Assembly (NCBI GenBank): GCA_937982115.1
Contig: CALJNE010000006.1
Span: 515-64,514, forward strand
Direction of reading: 5' to 3'
DNA: 64,000 nt
Source of the DNA: an uncultured Bacteroidales bacterium
Lineage (GTDB): Bacteria > Bacteroidota > Bacteroidia > Bacteroidales > ML635J-15
Each line of letters starts with the position of its first letter. Position 1 is the stretch's first letter. Both the position numbers and the translations under genes were made by a program. Shown here piece by piece: positions 27,851 to 38,577 of the stretch. The notes under the pieces are model-generated. The model worked only from the letters and a program-made list of their open reading frames with translations. It did no database searches and was not told the DNA's origin.

Positions 27851-29200
27851 TTATTTTTTTGATTTATACCAGTCGGCGTATTTAAAACTACAATTGGAAT
27901 ATGATTTATCAATATCAATATAAGTTTTAGAAATTTTATCCTCAATCCACTTTTTAATAATTTTCATTCCTTCTGCCTGCAGAGCTATTTGTTGTATTTC
28001 CTGATAGTCGTCAATAAGATTGGCAGTATGAGTTTCTACTTTACTGTCGAGGCGAATTATTCTCATAACTTTTGATCCTCTGCCTGTTGAAGCTAAAAAA
28101 GGTTCGGAAATATCACCGGGTTTCATTTTTGATAATACCTTCATTGTAAAAGGATCAATAACTTCGGGATTCATTCTGGTATTCCCATAATAAGGATTTG
28201 TAACTTTACCGAAATTTTGTTTGGAATCCCCTTCACTGAACTTTAGAACAGCTTCGGCAAAACTTATGGAATCATTTTTTATAAGAGCATAAATTTCTTC
28301 GGCTTTCTTTTCAGCCTCCATAATACTTTTATCATCAGGTTTTGGAGTAATTAAAATATGGCGGAAATTCATTAAATTACCTTTACGCTCAATGAGCTGG
28401 ATAATATGAAATCCATATTCAGTTTCAACAACTCTTGAAACATCGTCCGGACCGGTTAAATTAAAAGCAACAGCCGAAAACTCAGGTACAAGATCTGTTC
28501 TGCTTACAAAGCCAAGTTCCCCCCCCCTTGCAGCTGAACCCGGATCTTCGGAATACAAAATTGCCATAGTTGCAAAACTTTCGCCTTTGAGTATTCTTTC
28601 GCGAATATTATTTAGTTTTTCAATTGTCTTGTCTTTCTCTTCTTTTGTGATTTGTGGAATAATAACTATCTCAAAAAATTCATAATATCCCTGAATAACA
28701 GGTAATTCATCTTTAGATAAAGATTCATAAAACTTTCTTACATCTGATGGAGAAACTTTAATGTCGGATGTTAATTTTTGCTGTACTTTTTGAGTCATCA
28801 TCTGTTCGCGTATCAACTCTCTGAAATCATTTTTTATTTCGTTGATACTTTTGCCAAAATACTCTTCAAGTTTTTTTTCTGAACCATATTGAGTGATAAA
28901 AATGCTCAAGCGCCTATCAAGTTCGTTTTCAACCTCCCTGTCCGTAACCTGAATACTATCAGCTTTTGCTTGAAGATACAATAGTTTTTGAAACAACAAT
29001 TCCTCTAAAACTTCACATCTTAAATCTTCCTCCTCGACATATCCTTGAGCAAGAAACTGATAATACTGATTTTCGATATCAGATTTTAAAATAATTTCAT
29101 TTCCAACTTTCGCAACTATTTGATCTATCACATTTGATTGTGAATAGATAACAATTGTCAAAAAACAAGCAGCAACAACTAAACTAATTCTTCTTATCAT
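27851..29200 (-). CDS. surA: SurA-like periplasmic chaperone / parvulin PPIase
   Basis: IDQIVAKVGNEIILKSDI SurA N-domain; FATMAILYSEDPGSA.RGGELG..LVPEF..TEYGFHIIQ parvulin motif. Confidence 0.88.
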   Translation of the reverse strand: MIRRISLVVAACFLTIVIYSQSNVIDQIVAKVGNEIILKSDIENQYYQFLAQGYVEEEDLRCEVLEELLFQKLLYLQAKADSIQVTDREVENELDRRLSIFITQYGSEKKLEEYFGKSINEIKNDFRELIREQMMTQKVQQKLTSDIKVSPSDVRKFYESLSKDELPVIQGYYEFFEIVIIPQITKEEKDKTIEKLNNIRERILKGESFATMAILYSEDPGSAARGGELGFVSRTDLVPEFSAVAFNLTGPDDVSRVVETEYGFHIIQLIERKGNLMNFRHILITPKPDDKSIMEAEKKAEEIYALIKNDSISFAEAVLKFSEGDSKQNFGKVTNPYYGNTRMNPEVIDPFTMKVLSKMKPGDISEPFLASTGRGSKVMRIIRLDSKVETHTANLIDDYQEIQQIALQAEGMKIIKKWIEDKISKTYIDIDKSYSNCSFKYADWYKSKK

Positions 29201-30041
29201 AATAATATTTTATTTCACCAGATTCTTTGGCCTTATTCATTAAGTCCGAAACAAATTTTGCTCGTTCTGTTTCTCTTCTCTTATTGATTATTGTTTTATA
29301 AATTAAAGGTTTTGCAAGTTCAAAAGGCATAATTTGACCTTTGAGATAATACTCATCAAATTTAACAATATAACGTTTTTTATTTACAACAAAATCCAAA
29401 ACATTCCTTGAGAGCAAATCAGCATCATCAAAATTTCCCTTGTAATTTACGATACTCAAAAATTCTCTCAATTCAATATATTCCTCAAAAAAGAATACCT
29501 CACGATCTGCACCGATACAATATTCAATTAAAGCCTTTTTATCTTTGAGCCCCGATGTCGAAACTTTATTCAAGACTTCATAATATACATTTATATCGGC
29601 GTTCATAGTCAAATAAAAAGCTTTAACATAAGTATTGCTTAGAACGTAATCTTTAAGGTGATTATTGTAATATTCCTCAATTTCTTCAACACTTACCTTT
29701 TCATCAACTTGAGAATAAATAAAATCTTTTTCATACTTGCTCACATAAAGATCTCTGCGGTAATCTTCAACTTTTTTATGAATTTCAAGTGTGTCTTGAA
29801 TTTTTTCTTTAGCAATACTAAAAATTAACCTATCAGCTAGCCAATTTTCTATATACATCTTAGCAAAAGCCGTACTGTCTTCAGGTGAGATATTTTTTGG
29901 AATAACCGCGTTTAGTTGGTTTCGTGTAAGAACATCACCGTAGGCTTCGACTAAAATTTCGGAATCGTCGGTTTTTGATGATTTCTTACACGAAATTGCA
30001 ACTAAAGAAATTATAACCAGAATTAATAAAAGCCTTTTCAT
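29184..30041 (-). CDS. PPIase-operon lipoprotein (foldase-like)
   Basis: Lipobox AIS-C; EDSTAF..YIENW, EIEEYYN; lies between two parvulin genes. Confidence 0.75.
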   Translation of the reverse strand: MKRLLLILVIISLVAISCKKSSKTDDSEILVEAYGDVLTRNQLNAVIPKNISPEDSTAFAKMYIENWLADRLIFSIAKEKIQDTLEIHKKVEDYRRDLYVSKYEKDFIYSQVDEKVSVEEIEEYYNNHLKDYVLSNTYVKAFYLTMNADINVYYEVLNKVSTSGLKDKKALIEYCIGADREVFFFEEYIELREFLSIVNYKGNFDDADLLSRNVLDFVVNKKRYIVKFDEYYLKGQIMPFELAKPLIYKTIINKRRETERAKFVSDLMNKAKESGEIKYYYDKKN

Positions 30042-30047
30042 TATAGA

Positions 30048-31997
30048 TTATTTTCCCGCCAATGATTTTAAAACATCATCATGAACTGTAACCTTATATT
30101 TATTTTTAAGTTCCTTAATCCATTCCTGCTCGAGGTAATTTTGATAATCTGCAGTGATTATACCTCTGGCTTCATTAATGGATTTATGTTCCGGTCCTCT
30201 AATTAAAACAGTTCTCACAATAAAATTAGCTTCATCTAAAAATACATATTTGCTGCCCGGAGTATCAGAAAGTTGTTTATCTTTTACCGAAGATTCATTC
30301 TTTTCTTTTAACTCTGATTTTGCCAGAACGACATTTTCAGGATTTTTCTTATTCAACTTATCTATTATGGTTAAATTATCAAAATTCTTATTTAAGGCTT
30401 TATAAAGAGTTTTAGCAGTTTTTAAATTTGCACATTTATATTCTTTGAGCTCGATTCTGTTTCCCCACATATACTTATCCTTGTTTGCTTGGTAAAAAGC
30501 TTGCAAACCAACAGTATCGGTTATAGCTTTTGACCACACCATTTTATCAGTTAAATCGAACAATAAAATCCCGTCGTGATATTCGTTTACGAGATATTTA
30601 AACGAAGGATATTTGTTTTCTAAGATTGATTCTTCATAATTGAGAAGCATCTTTTCTCCAAAGTTTGACAGAGAATTATCAACAAAAATTTTAAGATTTA
30701 TAGGAGTTTGTTTGCGGTTAAATTTTTCGAGATATCTTAAAAAGTCTGCTTGAGTGTAGTTTTTATCGAGAAACGACACAACGATTTTATTATATTTTTC
30801 AAGGTCTTCGGGCAATTTCCATGAGCCTGAAAATATACTGTCAGTAACAATAGCATATATTTCTTTTAAGTTTTGAGGATAAGTTTTATAATTATACTCA
30901 GCTTTTAGTTGTTTCAAGATAGCATCACGGCTTTTACTTGTTCTGTCGCTGCTGCTTATTTTAGATTTAATTTCATTTTTAACTTCTTCATAGGGCTTAA
31001 TAGGTTCTATTTCGAGAAGTTTTATCAGGTGATATCCGTAGGATGTTTTTAATAATGGATAAATATCTCCCGGTTTTTCGAGACTAAATACGGCATCTTC
31101 AAATTCTTTAATCATTCTACCACCGACAGTTACCCAGCCAATTTCACCACCTTTTTCGGCAGTACGACGATCTTCGCTATATTGAAATGCAAGTTTTTCG
31201 AAATCTTCTCCCTGTTTAATCTTTTGATAAACAGTATCCATAATAGCTCTGGCATCTTCGTCAAGTTTTGAACCAGAACCTTTTGGTACCAGACGCATAA
31301 TATGAGCAACTTTGTACTTTCCTTTAGCAGGCCTTTTGTTTGTAACTTTTAAAATATGATATCCATATCGAGTTCTGAAAGGTTCGGAGAAAGAACCTAC
31401 AGGAGTATTATACATATAATTCTCGAATTCATAAACAAGACTGAAAACTGTTCTGTAACCAAGATTTCCGTCATTCATAGCAACAGATTCATCTTCAGAA
31501 TATTCTCTTGCGAGTTTTACAAAATCTTCTCCTTTTTTTAGTTTGTTATAGATGTCATAAATCTTTTTGTATGCTTTTAAAGTGTCTTCAGGTGAGGCAT
31601 TTTGATTTACTTTGATTAAAATATGCGAAACCTCAATATCAAATTTCATACGTTCATAAGCCTCAAGATAAAGTTCTTCTTCTACTCTCTTGTCAGTTAA
31701 ATAAGGTTGAGCAAGCTGTGAGCGATAACCGGCAAGCTCTTGTTTAAAAGATGCCAGAGTATCGAGTCCTAATTTTTTTGCCTCATGAACTTTGAGTTTA
31801 AAATTAACGAATAAGTTCATGTATTCGTTCATAGCCTCATAAGTCATGGTGTTCTCGTTTGTATTATTCTTTTTGTAAATATGCAGAAACTCTTCTGCCG
31901 AAATCTTTTCGTCGTCAATTTCAAGAATAGTTCTTTCCTGTGCATTTAACAAGCTAAATGAAAAAACTAAAACAAATCCAAACAAAATCTTTTTCAT
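30048..31997 (-). CDS. Peptidylprolyl isomerase with two parvulin domains
   Basis: VSHILI..FVKLAREYSED..GNLG..PFRTRYGYHILK and VAHIM..FEKLAFQYSED..GGEIG..TSYGYHLIK; signal peptide. Confidence 0.9.
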   Translation of the reverse strand: MKKILFGFVLVFSFSLLNAQERTILEIDDEKISAEEFLHIYKKNNTNENTMTYEAMNEYMNLFVNFKLKVHEAKKLGLDTLASFKQELAGYRSQLAQPYLTDKRVEEELYLEAYERMKFDIEVSHILIKVNQNASPEDTLKAYKKIYDIYNKLKKGEDFVKLAREYSEDESVAMNDGNLGYRTVFSLVYEFENYMYNTPVGSFSEPFRTRYGYHILKVTNKRPAKGKYKVAHIMRLVPKGSGSKLDEDARAIMDTVYQKIKQGEDFEKLAFQYSEDRRTAEKGGEIGWVTVGGRMIKEFEDAVFSLEKPGDIYPLLKTSYGYHLIKLLEIEPIKPYEEVKNEIKSKISSSDRTSKSRDAILKQLKAEYNYKTYPQNLKEIYAIVTDSIFSGSWKLPEDLEKYNKIVVSFLDKNYTQADFLRYLEKFNRKQTPINLKIFVDNSLSNFGEKMLLNYEESILENKYPSFKYLVNEYHDGILLFDLTDKMVWSKAITDTVGLQAFYQANKDKYMWGNRIELKEYKCANLKTAKTLYKALNKNFDNLTIIDKLNKKNPENVVLAKSELKEKNESSVKDKQLSDTPGSKYVFLDEANFIVRTVLIRGPEHKSINEARGIITADYQNYLEQEWIKELKNKYKVTVHDDVLKSLAGK

Positions 31998-32026
31998 AAT
32001 TTAAGACTTTTATAATTTAACAATTA

Positions 32027-33499
32027 TTAATCAGCTCTCGAGTAATTTGGTGCTTCTCTTGTAATAGTAACATCGTGAGGATGATTTTCAATTACGCCGT
32101 TAGTTGTTATTCGTACAAACCTTCCGTTTTGACGCAATTTTTCGATATTTTCGCAACCGCAATAACCCATACCGGCTCTAAGTCCACCTATTAATTGATA
32201 TATTACTTCGTTTAAAGTACCTTTATATGGAACTCTTCCGGAAATTCCTTCGGGCACGAGTTTTTTGATATCATCTTCCATATCCTGGAAGTATCTGTCT
32301 TTAGAGCCTTGCTGCATAGCTTCGAGTGAGCCCATTCCTCTGTATGATTTGAATTTTCTGCCATTAAAGATAATGGTTTCTCCGGGAGCTTCTTCAGTGC
32401 CGGCAAACAGTCCGCCTGCCATAATTGAGTGAGCCCCGGCTGCTATAGCTTTAACAATATCTCCTGAATATCTTATACCTCCGTCGGCAATTATTGGGAC
32501 ATCAGTATCTTTTAAGGCTTCGGCAACTATCATAATGGCTGATAATTGCGGTACTCCCACTCCTGCAACAACTCTTGTTGTACAAATAGAACCCGGTCCG
32601 ATACCAACTTTTACAGCATCTGCTCCGTTGTCCACAAGCATTTTAGCTGCCTCGGCTGTAGCAATATTACCAACAACAAAATCAACCCCACTGAATTTTT
32701 TCTTTGCTTCTTTCAGAATATTGTTTACACTTTTTGTATGTCCATGAGCAGTATCAATTACAATAGCATCAACGCCAGCATCAATCAGAGCTTCCATTCT
32801 TGCAAATGTATCTGCTGAAATTCCAACCGCAGCTGCAACACGCAATCTGCCTCTGCTGTCTTTACATGAATTTGGACTTGCATCTGCCTTTGTTATGTCT
32901 TTATAAGTTATTAATCCTACTAATTTTTGGTCTTTATCAACAACCGGCAATTTTTCGATACGATATTTCATAAATATCTCTTTTGCTTTTTCGAGTTCTA
33001 TACCTTGCTCGGTTGTAATAAGATTTTCACTTGTCATTATATCCGTAATCGGAAGTTTCATGTTTGTCTGAAACCTCATATCTCTGCTTGTAACTATACC
33101 TACAAGTCTTTGATTATCGTCAACAACCGGAATACCACCAATATTATGCTCCATCATTATTTGTTTGGCTTCTCCAACTTTACTGTTAACGTTAATGGTG
33201 ATAGGATTTAAAATCATTGCGTTTTCGGCTCTTTTTACCTGATAAACATGCTTAGCCTGTTCCTGAATGCTCATGTTTTTATGAATTACTCCTATCCCGC
33301 CTTCTCTTGCCATGGCAATTGCCATACGACTATCGGTAACCGTATCCATTGCAGCCGAAACTATCGGAGTATTTAATACTATGTTTCGAGAAAATTTTGA
33401 TTTTATTTCTACTAAACTTGGTAATACTTCTGAATATGCAGGTATCAATAAAACATCATCAAAGGTGAGACCTTCGTACAAAATTTTTGAATTTGCCAT
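32027..33499 (-). CDS. guaB: IMP dehydrogenase
   Basis: [19 protein letters not shown] pair, [17 protein letters not shown] catalytic Cys, YRGMGS. Confidence 0.98.
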   Translation of the reverse strand: MANSKILYEGLTFDDVLLIPAYSEVLPSLVEIKSKFSRNIVLNTPIVSAAMDTVTDSRMAIAMAREGGIGVIHKNMSIQEQAKHVYQVKRAENAMILNPITINVNSKVGEAKQIMMEHNIGGIPVVDDNQRLVGIVTSRDMRFQTNMKLPITDIMTSENLITTEQGIELEKAKEIFMKYRIEKLPVVDKDQKLVGLITYKDITKADASPNSCKDSRGRLRVAAAVGISADTFARMEALIDAGVDAIVIDTAHGHTKSVNNILKEAKKKFSGVDFVVGNIATAEAAKMLVDNGADAVKVGIGPGSICTTRVVAGVGVPQLSAIMIVAEALKDTDVPIIADGGIRYSGDIVKAIAAGAHSIMAGGLFAGTEEAPGETIIFNGRKFKSYRGMGSLEAMQQGSKDRYFQDMEDDIKKLVPEGISGRVPYKGTLNEVIYQLIGGLRAGMGYCGCENIEKLRQNGRFVRITTNGVIENHPHDVTITREAPNYSRAD

Positions 33500-33550
33500 A
33501 TTTACTTCTTAATTATGAATTAAAAAATCACACGAAAATACAACTTTTTG

Positions 33551-33581
33551 TTTGAGTAACAAATACTTTTTTTTAAATTTG
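33551..33581 (+). promoter_or_regulatory. Full sigma-A-type promoter (TTTG-N19-TAAATTTG) for the recQ-like gene
   Basis: TTTG at 33551-33554 and TAAATTTG at 33574-33581, 19 bp before ATG 33601. Confidence 0.6.
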
Positions 33582-33600
33582 TAAAATATGGGATATTCTT

Positions 33601-35526
33601 ATGAGCAAATACAGACAAATTCTTCAGAAATATTGGGGATACAACAAATTTAGGGAGCTGCAAGAAGAAATTATTTTGTCGGTTGCTGCCGGGAAAGACA
33701 CTCTGGGACTATTACCAACCGGTGGAGGAAAATCTATAATTTTTCAAGTTTTTTCGCTCGCTCATCCGGGAGTTTGTCTGGTAATTACTCCCTTAATTGC
33801 TTTGATGAAAGACCAGGTACAGAATCTTCATAAAAGAGGTATTAAGGCGGCTGCTATATATACCGGAATGTCCAGAATGGAAATTGAAAGACATTTAAAC
33901 AATGTGTGTTATGGGGATTACAAGTTTTTGTATTTATCTCCGGAACGTTTGCAAAATGAATTCTTCCGCAGCAAGCTCAAAGAAATGAATGTAAACCTTA
34001 TTTGTGTTGATGAATCGCATTGCATATCACAATGGGGCTACGATTTTCGTCCATCGTATCTTAATATTGCCGAAATTCGCAAAGAACTTCCAGGAGTTCC
34101 GGTTCTGGCTCTTACTGCTACTGCTACACCCGAAGTTGTTGACGATATTCAGTATAAATTACTTTTCAAAGAAAAGAATGTTTTTAAAAAAAGTTTTGAA
34201 CGTAAAAACCTTACTTATTATGTTTCAAATACCGAAGATAAAATAAAATCTTTATTTAAAATTGTTACTAAATTTCAAGGGAGTGGCGTTGTTTATGTAC
34301 GCAATCGCCGCAAAACAAGAGAATACGCCTTATTACTTCAAAAATACAAAATTTCGGCAGATTTTTATCATGCAGGACTAGACCCCAAAGACCGCGAATT
34401 AAAACAAGACGCATGGCAAAAAGGAGAAATTCGTGTAATGGTTTGTACAAATGCTTTCGGTATGGGAATAGACAAGCCGGATGTTAGATTTGTCGTTCAC
34501 ATGGATTTACCGGATTCATTAGAGGCCTATTTTCAGGAAGCAGGAAGAGCAGGACGTGACGGAAAAGAAGCATGGGCTTTCCTTTTAACAAATAAAACCG
34601 ACAGTGCTCAGCTCAAACGTAACATGACAACCGCTTTCCCGGATTATCCGGTTGTTACAAATGTATATAACTCGATTTGCAATTACCTTCAAATTCCTTA
34701 CGGAGCCGGAAAAGATTTAGATTATCCTTTCGATATTTTTGACTTTGCATCAAAGTTTAAAATTGACGTGCTTACAACTTACAATTCATTAAAAATCCTT
34801 GAATTATCACAACTAATATCATATCACACAGATGTTAATACCACTTCCAGAATAATGTTTATCGTTAACAGAGATGATTTGTATAAATTTCAGGTTGAAA
34901 ATCAAAGTCTGGATATTTTCATAAAGCTTTTGTTACGTACCTACACAGGATTATTTAATGATTACGTTAATATTTCGGAAGAATATCTTGCAAAAAAAGC
35001 CGGCGTTGTACCTGATATTATATATAACCTTTTGAAACAACTCTCCCATTTTAAAATTATAAGTTATATTCCAAAAATCAATAAACCTTTGATTCATTTC
35101 ATTTCCGAAAGACTCGAAGAAAGAAGTATTATCTATAAAAGAGAAGAACTTAACACCCTCAAAGAACGTACTCTTTCGAGAATGCAAGCTATGCTGCTTT
35201 ATGCCGAGAGTAAAAATAAATGCAGAAGTCAACAATTACTTGCTTATTTTGGTCAAATAGATTCCCAGCGTTGCGGCACTTGTGATGTCTGCTCCAGAAG
35301 AAATGAATTAGGATTAAGTACTTATGAATTTGATATTATTTTGGAACAAATAAAAAAAATAGTTAAAATTGAACCAATTTTGTTGAATGATTTAATTGAA
35401 AAAATTGATTTCGATGAAACAAAAATTATCAAAGTTGTACAATGGCTGTTTGATAATAAAAAATTAGTTTATAACGATGAAAACAAATTGTTCTGGAATA
35501 AAACTAATGACACAATTAAAACATAA
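33601..35526 (+). CDS. recQ: RecQ family ATP-dependent DNA helicase (HRDC-less Bacteroidota paralogue)
   Basis: PTGGGKS, VDESHCISQWGYDFRPSY, ALTATAT, TNAFGMGIDKPDVR, QEAGRAGRDG, CRS..CGTCDVC Zn site. Confidence 0.92.
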   Translation: MSKYRQILQKYWGYNKFRELQEEIILSVAAGKDTLGLLPTGGGKSIIFQVFSLAHPGVCLVITPLIALMKDQVQNLHKRGIKAAAIYTGMSRMEIERHLNNVCYGDYKFLYLSPERLQNEFFRSKLKEMNVNLICVDESHCISQWGYDFRPSYLNIAEIRKELPGVPVLALTATATPEVVDDIQYKLLFKEKNVFKKSFERKNLTYYVSNTEDKIKSLFKIVTKFQGSGVVYVRNRRKTREYALLLQKYKISADFYHAGLDPKDRELKQDAWQKGEIRVMVCTNAFGMGIDKPDVRFVVHMDLPDSLEAYFQEAGRAGRDGKEAWAFLLTNKTDSAQLKRNMTTAFPDYPVVTNVYNSICNYLQIPYGAGKDLDYPFDIFDFASKFKIDVLTTYNSLKILELSQLISYHTDVNTTSRIMFIVNRDDLYKFQVENQSLDIFIKLLLRTYTGLFNDYVNISEEYLAKKAGVVPDIIYNLLKQLSHFKIISYIPKINKPLIHFISERLEERSIIYKREELNTLKERTLSRMQAMLLYAESKNKCRSQQLLAYFGQIDSQRCGTCDVCSRRNELGLSTYEFDIILEQIKKIVKIEPILLNDLIEKIDFDETKIIKVVQWLFDNKKLVYNDENKLFWNKTNDTIKT

Positions 35527-35542
35527 AAATACATTATTTAAG

Positions 35543-35989
35543 ATGAAAAATATTTTACCTAAAGCCTTAACTTTCGTGTTATTCATAAGTTTTATTTTGT
35601 TTTTCACCAATTGCGGAGAATCAGATGCTGACCTCGAACAACAGGAAAAAATGATTGGATACTGGAAACCTGTAAACAGTCAGGGAAATGATATTCCGGA
35701 AATACCGAAATACGTTTTTTTGGAGAATAATCGGGGCGTATCTATTTACGAACCGTTTAATTCAACCGACTCTTTTGGATGGGAAGTTCGACGCAAACAA
35801 TTAAAAATTTATTATGACAAAGCTCCAGATTATTATATCGGATATGATAATTATAATACCCGCAGTTTATTTAAGATTAAAGAATTTACTGATACAGCAA
35901 TGTACGTTATACAGTTTTTCAGTACAGGATATCAAAAGGAATACTATTTAAAAAGATTTCAGCCTTCTGTTGACAATGATGATTTTTAA
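35543..35989 (+). CDS. Hypothetical lipoprotein (lipocalin-like)
   Basis: FTN-C lipobox followed by acidic residues; 'MIGYWK' lipocalin-like first strand. ATG 35543 preferred. Confidence 0.65.
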   Translation: MKNILPKALTFVLFISFILFFTNCGESDADLEQQEKMIGYWKPVNSQGNDIPEIPKYVFLENNRGVSIYEPFNSTDSFGWEVRRKQLKIYYDKAPDYYIGYDNYNTRSLFKIKEFTDTAMYVIQFFSTGYQKEYYLKRFQPSVDNDDF

Positions 35990-36077
35990 AAATAATATGT
36001 TATAAAAAACATTATGATATTGATTTTTCTAAATTAAGTTTATTATTATTGCTAAGTCAAAACAAAAATTTTAGAAC

Positions 36078-37391
36078 ATGTATAACTTACCATTACCACA
36101 AGAACTTGTAAGAACTGAAGTAGAAAATTTCGGTATAAAAGATTTATCAAAAGCAACCATAAGAGAAATTGTAGGAATTGTTAATAATCTCAGTAAGAAA
36201 ACAGGCATAAATTATATGCGAATGGAGATGGGAGTTCCCGGCCTTAATCCTCCAGAAATTGGTGTTAATGGAGAAATTGAAGCATTAAAAAGAGGTGTTG
36301 TTAGCATATATCCGATGGTTGACGGAGTAAAGGAATTAAAACAGGAAGCTTCCAGATTCATCAAGTTGTTTATGGGCATTGATGTTAGTCCGGAGTCTTG
36401 TATCGCAACTGTGGGAAGTATGCAGGGAGCTTATGCAACCTTTATGATGTGTTCTAATCTCGACCCAGAAAAAGATACAGCTTTATTTATTGACCCCGGC
36501 TTCCCTGTTCAGAAGCAACAGTTTAAAGTTCTTGGATATAAATTCGACAGTTTTGATGTCTATAATTACAGAGGCGAAGCTCTCAGAGAAAAATTGGAAT
36601 CCATACTCAGCAAAGGCAATATAAATTCAATCATATATTCAAACCCAAACAATCCATCATGGATATGCTTAACTGACGATGAACTTAAAATAATCGGAGA
36701 ACTGGCAAACAAATACGACGCCATCGTGATTGAAGATTTAGCATATTTTGGAATGGATTTCAGAAGAGACCTCTATCATCCCGGACAACCTCCTTATCAG
36801 GTTTCTGTGGCTAATTATACTGATAATTATGTACTTCTGATTTCCGGTTCTAAAGCATTTACTTATGCAGGTCAGAGAATTGGAATTGTTGCTATCTCCG
36901 ACAAAATTTATCATCGCTCCTATCCTAACCTGCTCACAAGATTTGGTTCTGATAAATTTGGATATACTTTTGTTCAACGACTTATTTATGCATTAAGTTC
37001 GGGAGTAAGTCATTCTGCTCAATACGGGCTTGCGGCAATGTTAAAGGCTGCTAACGACGGTAAATTTAATTTCATCGAAGAAGTCAGAGAATATGGAGAA
37101 AGAGCTCGTATTATGAAAAAATTGTTTAGCGATGCAGGCTTTTATATTGTTTATGATAAAGACCTCGAAGAAGACTTAGCTGATGGATTCTATTTTACTA
37201 TTGCATATCCAGGAATGAACGGGAATCAAATAATCGAAGAATTATTGAGGTACGGCATTAGTGCTATCTCGTTAGGTAATACCGGAAGTGAAAAGTCTGA
37301 AGGTCTTCGGGCTTGCGTATCGCAAATAAAACTTGATATGATGCCTGAACTCGAAAAAAGACTGAAACTCTGGAAAGAAAATCACAAATAA
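36078..37391 (+). CDS. PLP-dependent aminotransferase, class I/II
   Basis: YSNPNNPS, IEDLAY, ISGSKAFTYAGQRIG (PLP lysine), C-terminal GLRAC. Confidence 0.9.
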   Translation: MYNLPLPQELVRTEVENFGIKDLSKATIREIVGIVNNLSKKTGINYMRMEMGVPGLNPPEIGVNGEIEALKRGVVSIYPMVDGVKELKQEASRFIKLFMGIDVSPESCIATVGSMQGAYATFMMCSNLDPEKDTALFIDPGFPVQKQQFKVLGYKFDSFDVYNYRGEALREKLESILSKGNINSIIYSNPNNPSWICLTDDELKIIGELANKYDAIVIEDLAYFGMDFRRDLYHPGQPPYQVSVANYTDNYVLLISGSKAFTYAGQRIGIVAISDKIYHRSYPNLLTRFGSDKFGYTFVQRLIYALSSGVSHSAQYGLAAMLKAANDGKFNFIEEVREYGERARIMKKLFSDAGFYIVYDKDLEEDLADGFYFTIAYPGMNGNQIIEELLRYGISAISLGNTGSEKSEGLRACVSQIKLDMMPELEKRLKLWKENHK

Positions 37392-37709
37392 ATGTTACCG
37401 GAAGATATTATTAATATTTATAAATCCGGGTTCCCCGATGACAAAGTTAAAATTCTTAACAAGAATTCTATTCTTGTAAAAAAAGACATGTTTATTGTCG
37501 TTGTAAAATACAAAAAAAATAAGTTATCGGTAAAATCGGATTTTAATTTAACTCACCCTTTAATTTTAAGTTTTGTGATTATTGGGATTTTGCTTGGAGT
37601 TATTCCTTTATTGCTGTTCACAATCGTATTTTACATAATCTATGGTAGAAAATTAAAAGAACTAAGTACACAAACTTACGAGTATCTAAAAAACAATGGA
37701 ATACAATAA
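37392..37709 (+). CDS. Small hypothetical membrane protein
   Basis: 105 aa with a C-terminal hydrophobic hairpin; abuts the upstream gene and overlaps the downstream one. Confidence 0.65.
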   Translation: MLPEDIINIYKSGFPDDKVKILNKNSILVKKDMFIVVVKYKKNKLSVKSDFNLTHPLILSFVIIGILLGVIPLLLFTIVFYIIYGRKLKELSTQTYEYLKNNGIQ

Positions 37710-38472
37710 TTTTACTATTTTTCAAAAACTTTTCGATGACTACGTTGAAAAATACTTGCAAAAAAGAAGCAATAGTGATTACAAACAAAATATAAATCTA
37801 AAAATTAATCATAGTAAAGAAGTTTTTAAACATGCAGTAAAAATTGCAGAAACAGAAAATCTTGCGAAAAAACAAATTTTCACAGCAGGATTATGCGGAC
37901 TTTTTCATGATATTGGACGCTTTTATCAATACTTTCATTTTAACACATTTAAAGATTCTGAAAACTTGTACCACGGACAAATTGGTTGCGAAGTTATTGA
38001 CAAAGAAAAATTTTTTTCTGATGTGGATAATGATACAATAATCCTAATTAAAAAATCTATTTACGCACATGGTTTAATTTCTATTCCCAAGGATTATTCG
38101 GAAGAAGAAAGATTCTTTTCAAAAATTACCCGCGATGCCGACAAGTGCGATATATTTTCAATTGTAGCAAAATACTACAACGAAACCGAACCGCGTAACG
38201 TTTCACTTGAATATGGATTAAGTGCAGAGCCAAAAATCTCTGAAAATGTTCTGAACAGTTTTCTCAACAATTTTGTAGTCTCAAAATCTGATTTAAAAAC
38301 ACTGAATGATTTTAAAGTGCTTCAAATTTCATGGATATACGACATAAATTTCTCATATTCAAAACATTATATCAGAAAAAATAATTTTATACCTATTATA
38401 CTTAACACAATCACTGATAATCAAAACAAAAACAAAATCATTAATCATCTGAACAAAGTGTGGTTTAGGTAA
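37696..38472 (+). CDS. HD-domain metal-dependent phosphohydrolase
   Basis: KINHS, LFHDIGRF, HG, AHG, RDADK.DI motifs. Confidence 0.88.
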   Translation: MEYNNFTIFQKLFDDYVEKYLQKRSNSDYKQNINLKINHSKEVFKHAVKIAETENLAKKQIFTAGLCGLFHDIGRFYQYFHFNTFKDSENLYHGQIGCEVIDKEKFFSDVDNDTIILIKKSIYAHGLISIPKDYSEEERFFSKITRDADKCDIFSIVAKYYNETEPRNVSLEYGLSAEPKISENVLNSFLNNFVVSKSDLKTLNDFKVLQISWIYDINFSYSKHYIRKNNFIPIILNTITDNQNKNKIINHLNKVWFR

Positions 38473-38523
38473 AATTAAATCCAACACATCATCTTCAAAT
38501 AAATAATTAGATTTAATAAAAAC

Positions 38524-38547
38524 AAAAGCCTGCACGGAGGCAGGCTT
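38524..38547 (-). terminator. Intrinsic terminator of serA
   Basis: Minus strand AAGCCTGC-CTCCGT-GCAGGCTT-TTGTTTT, about 30 bp after the stop. Confidence 0.8.
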
Positions 38548-38577
38548 AAGATTGTTTTATCTTCAAATTTAATTAGT

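Noticed and set aside
33547-33563. TTTGTT-N5-AACAAA palindrome between guaB and recQ
   Set aside because: Short, AT-only apart from one G/C pair, spacing does not fit Rex, and it overlaps the predicted -33 box; insufficient support.
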